DNA of 47,573 nt from a virus (Duplodnaviria; Caudoviricetes): positions 1 through 47,573 of IMG/VR virus record IMGVR_UViG_3300046739_000271; one strand, 5' to 3'. The translations under genes were made by a program, and so were the position numbers. Positions 41,941 through 47,573 of the stretch are shown in pieces. Below the pieces are notes generated by a model. That model was given only the letters and a program-made list of their open reading frames with translations, was not told the DNA's origin and ran no database searches. Position 1 is the stretch's first letter, and every line of letters begins with the position of its first letter.

Positions 41941-43998
41941 GCCGGCCTCTTCTCCCGCGTCCTTGGCGGCATCCTCGGCAAACCCGTCCGCGACTCGGAC
42001 AACCCCCGCGAGTCGAACGGCGTCCGTACCGACCCCATCCCCGATCAGGAGGCCGCCCTGGGTAGCGACGACCGCGCCGCCCCGCATGTGCTGACGTTCG
42101 GTCAGTTGATGAACACGGTCTGGAAGACCTACTCCTACCGCTACGACGAGGCCCTGCGGAACAACCCGGCCGACGCGCTGGCCATGCGGCGGGACTGCTA
42201 CTTCCGCTCGCTACTCCAGGAACGGCTCCTGCCGACCGCACGCCGCAAGTGGCAGCTTGAAGTCGATTCCCCCAATGACCCCAACCAGAAGCTTGTCCGT
42301 GACGGGCTGACCACTTCGATCAAGTCAATCACCCGCTTCGCCCGCATGCGTCGCTACCTGCTCGAAGCGGAGTGGTACGGCCGTTACGGCAGTCAGGGGA
42401 CGTGGGAACAGGACAAGAACGTCAAGGACCCGGGCGGGATGCCCTTGTGGGTCTACAAGCGACACCAGCCGGTCAACGGCGACAAGATTCAGCACCAGTG
42501 GGACGGCACGCCGGCCGTCATGGTCAACCGGGCTATGGGGACGTGGCCGCAAGAGTCGATCATCCTCGGGAACCGCGCCCCCTTGCTCCGACTCGACCGC
42601 CCCGAGTGGCGGCGTCAGTTCGTGATCCACACCTACGACGTGGAAGACGCGGACTACTACGAGGGCGACATGGCCGGCGCCGTCAACGGTGTCGGGCTGC
42701 GCTCGCACATCTACTGGTCGTGGTGGATGCGGGAGGAGATGCTGGGGTGGGCGGTGGACTTCATGCAGAAGGTCGGCACGCTGGGCCTGCTCATCTTCTG
42801 GTACGAGCAAGGGAACAAGGCGGCCGAGCGGCAGGCCGAAGCGAACGCCAAGAGCGCCAACAACCGCGCCGCGTTCGTCATGCCCCGGCCAGGCGGTAAG
42901 ACGGACATGCCACCCGGCGGCGTCGAACAGATCGCCCCGCAGACCGGCGGCATCGAAGCACTTCAAGACATGATCGCGAACTATTGGGAGCGGCACCAGG
43001 AGCGTCTGTTCGTCGGCCAGTCGATGTCGGGCGGTGCCGACAATGAGAGCGGGCTGGGCGGAACCGGGCGCGCCGACTTCGCCAAGGACACGAAGTACCA
43101 GATTCTCGCGTACAGCGCCGAGAACCTGGATGAGACGCTGACCCAGGACCTCGTGCGCGTGGCGAAGGAACTCAACTACCCGTGGGCCGACTTCCCGGTG
43201 CGGTTCAAGAGCATGGTGCCCGACCCCGACATGGCCGACAAACTCGACAAGCTGACGAAGGTCTGGGACCGGCTGAAGGTCAAGGAAGAGGAGGCCTACG
43301 AAGTGACGGGGTTCACGGTGCCCGAGGCCGACGACATCACGATCGGCGGGGCACCGGAACTGGGCGCGGGTCTGCCGGGTGAACCGGGCGCAGAGAACGG
43401 CAACGGCAAGCCGCTGGGTGGGGTGCTGGGCGACCAGAAGCCGCTCGGTGGCCTACTTGGCGACCAGCGGCCTCTGGGCGGCTTGCTCGAGCGCGGGGTG
43501 AGCCTGAACGGCAACGGCAACGGACACGCGAAGCCGTTGAATGGTCCGCTGGCTCCGAAGCCACAGACCTACGCGGCGACCGATGCACTCGCTGAGGAGG
43601 AAGAAGACGTGACCGGCAAGCAACTGGCCGCCGGGTTCGAGGCCCTCGCGAATGCCATGCGCAACCAGGCCGCTCCGGTGATCCACGTCGCCCCGCCGCA
43701 CATCGACATTCCGGCCCCGGTCGTGAACGTGACGACCCCCGAAGTCCACGTCGCACCGCCGGTGGTCCATGTGGCCGCCCCGGAAGTGACGGTCCAGTCA
43801 CCGGCCGTCACCGTCGAGGCCGCCGTCATCCCGGCCCCGGTCGTCCACGTTGCCGCGCCCCAGGTCACCGTGGAAGCACCCGACGTGACTGTCGAAGCCC
43901 CGGTCGTGAACGTGGAGGCGCCCGCCAAGTCCAAGATCGTGACCCTGGACCGGGACGCTTACGGGAACGTCAAGAAGGCCAGGATCGAAGAAGAGTAA
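41938..43998 (+). CDS. Portal protein (DUF935/Mu gp29-like) with long C-terminal extension
   Basis: Follows terL; LLEAEWYG, G.GL....YW.W, LFVGQ, L.ETL..DLV; the C-terminus has PLGGLLG and PVVHVAAP repeats. Confidence 0.85.
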   Translation: MAGLFSRVLGGILGKPVRDSDNPRESNGVRTDPIPDQEAALGSDDRAAPHVLTFGQLMNTVWKTYSYRYDEALRNNPADALAMRRDCYFRSLLQERLLPTARRKWQLEVDSPNDPNQKLVRDGLTTSIKSITRFARMRRYLLEAEWYGRYGSQGTWEQDKNVKDPGGMPLWVYKRHQPVNGDKIQHQWDGTPAVMVNRAMGTWPQESIILGNRAPLLRLDRPEWRRQFVIHTYDVEDADYYEGDMAGAVNGVGLRSHIYWSWWMREEMLGWAVDFMQKVGTLGLLIFWYEQGNKAAERQAEANAKSANNRAAFVMPRPGGKTDMPPGGVEQIAPQTGGIEALQDMIANYWERHQERLFVGQSMSGGADNESGLGGTGRADFAKDTKYQILAYSAENLDETLTQDLVRVAKELNYPWADFPVRFKSMVPDPDMADKLDKLTKVWDRLKVKEEEAYEVTGFTVPEADDITIGGAPELGAGLPGEPGAENGNGKPLGGVLGDQKPLGGLLGDQRPLGGLLERGVSLNGNGNGHAKPLNGPLAPKPQTYAATDALAEEEEDVTGKQLAAGFEALANAMRNQAAPVIHVAPPHIDIPAPVVNVTTPEVHVAPPVVHVAAPEVTVQSPAVTVEAAVIPAPVVHVAAPQVTVEAPDVTVEAPVVNVEAPAKSKIVTLDRDAYGNVKKARIEEE

Positions 43999-44022
43999 CC
44001 AGCGTTTTCGCAGGAGTAGACG

Positions 44023-44325
44023 ATGGCCAGCAATCGCATCGCGATCGACCGGACGAAGTTCATCAGCCAGCGCATCCTCGCCGTGATCGGTACGGGGGCG
44101 CTCTTTCGTGAACAGCTTGCGGAACTCAACAGCATCATCGGCTGTTACAACGCGGACGCCAGCTTTCAGACCGACACCGGCGTCAGTGCGGGCGACCAGA
44201 CCACGCTGACCGCACTGGTCGCGAACGCGGCGGCCGAGATGAGCACAGTCACGAACGTGGCGGTGGGCCTGGGTGGGCAAACGAACGTTCGGCTGTTGTT
44301 GGACAAGCTTTCCACCGTTGGGTGA
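44023..44325 (+). CDS. Hypothetical protein
   Basis: AGGAG SD. Confidence 0.7.
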   Translation: MASNRIAIDRTKFISQRILAVIGTGALFREQLAELNSIIGCYNADASFQTDTGVSAGDQTTLTALVANAAAEMSTVTNVAVGLGGQTNVRLLLDKLSTVG

Positions 44326-44336
44326 GGACATGACCG

Positions 44337-45059
44337 GTGGCAATCGGCGTCAACCCGAGTATCAGTTCGGCCGACCTGGCGAACCAGGCGAGCGGGACGA
44401 TCACGATCAGCAAGCCCGCCGGCACGGCCGCGACGGATGTACTGGCCGTGGCCTTCGCCCTGGACGACGTGAACTCCGGCAGCCCGACCATAAGCGCCCC
44501 GACCGGCTGGACCGCGATCACGGCGGGGTTCCGGCAGGCGTCGGGGGTGAACTCGCTCACCCTGTACGGCTTCTGGGCGCTGGGCAACGTGGCGAACCTC
44601 GGGTTCACGTTCACCCGCGGCGGGGCGAGCAACGCGGACATCGGCTGGCTCTGCATCGATTACACGGGCGTGGACAACACGACGCCGATCGACGCGAACG
44701 ACGGGGCGGCCAACGGGACCGCGGGCGCGTCGAGTGTGACATCCAACGCGGTGACGGTCGTGACCGATCAGGCGTGGCACGTCATCCTCAGTTGCGACTT
44801 TCTCGGCAAAGTGGCGTTCACGGCGACCGGCTTTACCGAACAGCACAATGGGGCGGTGAACGCGGCCATCGTTCAGCTTTACAACCAGTCGCCGAAGGCC
44901 ATCGGTTCGACGGGTACGGTCGTGGTGAACAACAGCGACGCCACGTCCAGCGGTGAGGTCATGGCCGCCATGCCGTTCGCCTTGCGGCCGGCCGCCGGCA
45001 GTGGCGGGTTCGGCGACTTCGGCGTCATCAACCGGCCGGTCGCTCAAGGCTGGATATGA
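44337..45059 (+). CDS. Putative virion accessory/fiber-domain protein
   Basis: TISKPAGT..TDVL...APTGWT...YTGVD.TTPID beta-rich pattern. Confidence 0.7.
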   Translation: MAIGVNPSISSADLANQASGTITISKPAGTAATDVLAVAFALDDVNSGSPTISAPTGWTAITAGFRQASGVNSLTLYGFWALGNVANLGFTFTRGGASNADIGWLCIDYTGVDNTTPIDANDGAANGTAGASSVTSNAVTVVTDQAWHVILSCDFLGKVAFTATGFTEQHNGAVNAAIVQLYNQSPKAIGSTGTVVVNNSDATSSGEVMAAMPFALRPAAGSGGFGDFGVINRPVAQGWI

Positions 45060-45397
45060 CGCCGGTCTGGCAGACGGAGTTTGGGCCCCGGGGAAACTGT
45101 TACGCGGCCTGCCTGGCAACGGTGTTGGAGTGCGAACTGGCGGACGTGCCCGACTTCCGGGGCCGTGCCGATTGGGGCGAAGCGGTTCAGAAGTGGGCGG
45201 CCGGGCGTGGTGCCGTGGTGAGATTTCAGCACGGACCACCGCCGCCGGGGCTAGCGATTGCCAGTGGCCTCGTGCTCGACGGGACGGTTCACGCGGTCGT
45301 GTTCGAGGACGGCCAGATGGTTCACGACCCGGCCGGGCGGCCATTCTGGCGGCCAGGTGATCCGGTCCTCTTGTGGACCTTGATCGGAGGGAGTTAA
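45056..45397 (+). CDS. Small C39-like peptidase-fold protein
   Basis: GNCYAACLATVL...HAVV......HDP. Confidence 0.6.
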   Translation: MTPVWQTEFGPRGNCYAACLATVLECELADVPDFRGRADWGEAVQKWAAGRGAVVRFQHGPPPPGLAIASGLVLDGTVHAVVFEDGQMVHDPAGRPFWRPGDPVLLWTLIGGS

Positions 45398-46161
45398 TGT
45401 CCGCGTTTGCCGATGCACTTCGGGAAGTGCGCCGCTGGTTCGCCCCTTGGGACGACCGCATTTCGGAGGGCGAGTACGAGGCGTTCCGCCGGCTCGGCCG
45501 GCGGGCCCGGCTCCGGATCATCGGGGAACGCAAGCGGCGGCTCTGCGATACGTGGGCCGGTGAGTACCCGTTCCGACCCGCTCCGGCCCTGATGGGCGGC
45601 GGTGTCCAGGGCTGGGAAGAGACGCTTGAGGCCACGGTCGCTGACGGGACGCAGATCAGCAACAGCGTCTCCGAAGCGCTGATCGTCCCCGACTTTTCGT
45701 TCCCCGCTTTCTACATGGCACCCGGCCGTACCTTGCGCGTGTGGTCGTTCGGCGTCTGCTCCAACGTGGTGACGACGCCGGGCACGCTGACGGTACGGGT
45801 GCGCTGGGGCGGCCTCGCGGGTACGGTCCTCTTGGCGACCGCCGCGCAGGGCATGGACACGACGGCCCACACGAACGCCCTATGGTGCTTCGTGAGTTAC
45901 CACACGCTCCGGAGTGCCGGGGCGACCGGGACCTTCATGTCCGGTGGGTCGTTCAATCAGTTCAACCTGTTAACCACGACATCGGCGAACCTCTTGCCGG
46001 CGCTGATGGGTTCGGCCGGCACGCCGGGCGCATCGGGAAACGTCGCGGTGACGGTCAGTACGATCGTCGCCCAGCTTCTGAGCGTCACCGGGCAATTCAG
46101 CGTCGCGACGAGCCCGACCAACCTGACCGGGCAAATGCGAGTCGTCGAGGTGCTCAACTAA
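45397..46161 (+). CDS. Putative virion accessory protein
   Basis: GGAG SD, TAATG overlap; Thr/Gly-rich beta domain. Confidence 0.7.
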   Translation: MSAFADALREVRRWFAPWDDRISEGEYEAFRRLGRRARLRIIGERKRRLCDTWAGEYPFRPAPALMGGGVQGWEETLEATVADGTQISNSVSEALIVPDFSFPAFYMAPGRTLRVWSFGVCSNVVTTPGTLTVRVRWGGLAGTVLLATAAQGMDTTAHTNALWCFVSYHTLRSAGATGTFMSGGSFNQFNLLTTTSANLLPALMGSAGTPGASGNVAVTVSTIVAQLLSVTGQFSVATSPTNLTGQMRVVEVLN

Positions 46162-46413
46162 ATGGACATCCGCACCAATGGCCCGTACCCGCCACCGCCG
46201 CCAGCGGCCGGCGGTGTTCGCCCGATGATCGGCAACGCCCGGCCGGGAAAACTGTTTCGGCCGGGTCCGGGCCGGCCGGGTCTGTCCCGGCTCGTGCCCA
46301 TGTTCAAGCATTCCGTTGTCGACCTGGGCGACTCGAATCTGCCGGCCACGGGGCCGCCGGTTGGTCACGCGATCATCGTGGGGCAGTCCGTCTCAAACGC
46401 AGCAACCTTCTGA
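46162..46413 (+). CDS. Hypothetical Pro/Gly-rich protein
   Basis: Fills the gap exactly between neighbours. Confidence 0.5.
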   Translation: MDIRTNGPYPPPPPAAGGVRPMIGNARPGKLFRPGPGRPGLSRLVPMFKHSVVDLGDSNLPATGPPVGHAIIVGQSVSNAATF

Positions 46414-46422
46414 GGAGATTCC

Positions 46423-46932
46423 ATGCAGTTTTTGATCCCCAACGGCGCCATGCAGACAACGGCCGCACCCACCAAGGTAGCAGTCTCGACCATCAAAACG
46501 ATGCTCCAGGTGCTTCCCCTGGTGCCGATGAAGATCGTCGAATGGGGGTGCAGCTTCGACGGGGCGGCGGCGGCGACGCCGGGCCAGGTCGAACTCATCG
46601 ACACGGGCGCTATCGCCGGGACGGTCACAGCGTCCGTCGCCGCCGACCTGACGCAGTACGACGCCGAGGCCATTCTCTTCAACAGCAACGCCACGTTCTT
46701 CACGCTCAGCACGGCCGGCACCGGCTACACGGCGTCGGTGGAGGGTTCGATCACCGCGGTCCGGAACTTGGCAGGACCACAACAGATCGCGTCAACCAAC
46801 CAGTTCATCGAGCAGTTCCCGCTGGGCTACCGGCCGGTCGTTCCGGGTACGGCTGCCAATAAGATCATGCGTATCCGTATGACGTTCGGCACGCCGACCA
46901 ACGCCTACTGCTATGTGATAGTGGAATTCTGA
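46423..46932 (+). CDS. Putative virion accessory protein
   Basis: GAGGAG SD; beta-rich. Confidence 0.7.
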   Translation: MQFLIPNGAMQTTAAPTKVAVSTIKTMLQVLPLVPMKIVEWGCSFDGAAAATPGQVELIDTGAIAGTVTASVAADLTQYDAEAILFNSNATFFTLSTAGTGYTASVEGSITAVRNLAGPQQIASTNQFIEQFPLGYRPVVPGTAANKIMRIRMTFGTPTNAYCYVIVEF

Positions 46933-46968
46933 TGCGTAATTCGATAGACGGGAATCAGGAGTAATGAA

Positions 46969-47172
46969 ATGCAGGCCGGACAAATCCTGGTGAAGTGGGA
47001 CACGCTGGGCATGGTGGAGATCAAGACCTCGCTCGGCATGGCATCGAGCGAAAACAAGAAGCTGGCCGTCCGCGTGCTCCTCGACGCCGCCAAGGCGATC
47101 CTGGAATGCGGCACGCCCCTGGAAGTGCCGCTGGGGACGGCGGGCGTGCGGCTCCTGGGCGCGGCCGGCTGA
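46969..47172 (+). CDS. Hypothetical protein
   Basis: AGGAG SD region. Confidence 0.55.
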   Translation: MQAGQILVKWDTLGMVEIKTSLGMASSENKKLAVRVLLDAAKAILECGTPLEVPLGTAGVRLLGAAG

Positions 47173-47188
47173 GGAGAGGAGATGATCG

Positions 47189-47573
47189 GTGGCCGTCTTC
47201 GGGCGCCGACAACCGCACGCGCCGCTGATCCTGCGCGGGCAGTTGCCAGCCCAGCCGGCCATCGGGCTCGTTCAGGTTGTCGGCCAGAAGACAAGTCAAC
47301 TCGCGGCCGACCGCTACTTCCGCCGGTCCTTTCCACCGAAGATTATTCGCGGTGGTGGCCCTCCCGCGACGGCACAATCGGTCGTCATCCAGCGTCAGGC
47401 CCAGCCGGCAGCCCGGCGGCCACATGGCCTGGCCCTCATCCTCCGCGGCGGCCCCCGGCCCTCCGTCGCTCAATCCCTGATCGTCCAGCGAATAGCGCAA
47501 CCAGCCGCCCGGCGTCCCCACGGACTTGCGGTCACGATCCGGGGTGGCGGGCCGCCAGCCGTTGGCGAGTCGC
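47189..47573 (+). CDS. 5' part of junction-spanning Arg/Pro-rich repeat protein (continues to 741; about 332 aa)
   Basis: GTG at 47189 after a GAGGAG SD. The frame (MAVFGRRQPHAPLILRG...) is open and in phase with frame 1 at position 1. Confidence 0.8.
   Translation, partial: MAVFGRRQPHAPLILRGQLPAQPAIGLVQVVGQKTSQLAADRYFRRSFPPKIIRGGGPPATAQSVVIQRQAQPAARRPHGLALILRGGPRPSVAQSLIVQRIAQPAARRPHGLAVTIRGGGPPAVGES
47447..47573. repeat. 127-bp terminal overlap, identical to 1-127
   Basis: Exact match to the window start. Confidence 0.97.

Larger units (their letters stand above)
1..47446. mobile_element. Complete temperate tailed phage genome (excised/circular form), probable Planctomycetota host
   Basis: Terminase, portal, capsid, integrase with attP and primase-helicase are all present. 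The host is inferred from TIGR02996-like and DUF1580-like genes. Confidence 0.93.

Noticed and set aside
44166-45662. 498-aa minus-strand ORF
   Set aside because: Antisense shadow of well-formed plus-strand genes.
1-47446. Alternative genetic code
   Set aside because: Core genes are intact and tightly packed under code 11, with TAA, TAG and TGA all used as stops.
47447-47573. 127-bp terminal direct repeat as a biological DTR
   Set aside because: The length equals a common assembler k-mer and it falls mid-gene; it is best read as a circular-assembly overlap.

Overview
This window is a complete, circularly assembled genome (47,446 bp unique plus a 127-bp end overlap) of a GC-rich temperate tailed phage. 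The host is probably a Planctomycete (inferred from TIGR02996-like and DUF1580-like genes and the integrase type). It is in the excised state, with an intact attP (3' half of tRNA-Lys(UUU)) next to a tyrosine integrase. Layout: sigma factor, terminase and portal at 39.4-44 kb; accessory virion genes running across the junction; head and short-tail genes at 0.7-13.5 kb; membrane/lysis-type genes with a papain-like peptidase and a di-heme protein at 13.5-21.9 kb; integration/immunity at 22-24.3 kb; early/accessory genes at 24.3-30.9 kb; primase-helicase, a palindromic origin, an SSB-like gene, methylases and nucleases at 31-38.7 kb. The most unusual signals are non-coding or structural: (1) four intergenic tRNA-like RNAs with a T-arm but enlarged or replaced middle domains (three with a complete acceptor stem), two of them bracketing a mini ADP-ribosyltransferase-like gene; (2) four directly oriented 11-6-11 dif/Xer-like sites that bracket accessory genes like a cassette array; (3) a six-copy late-promoter motif giving mostly leaderless mRNAs; (4) two candidate -1 frameshifts; (5) a mosaic ORF built from modules joined by interleaved exact repeats. 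All family assignments come from motifs recognised by eye, not from database searches.
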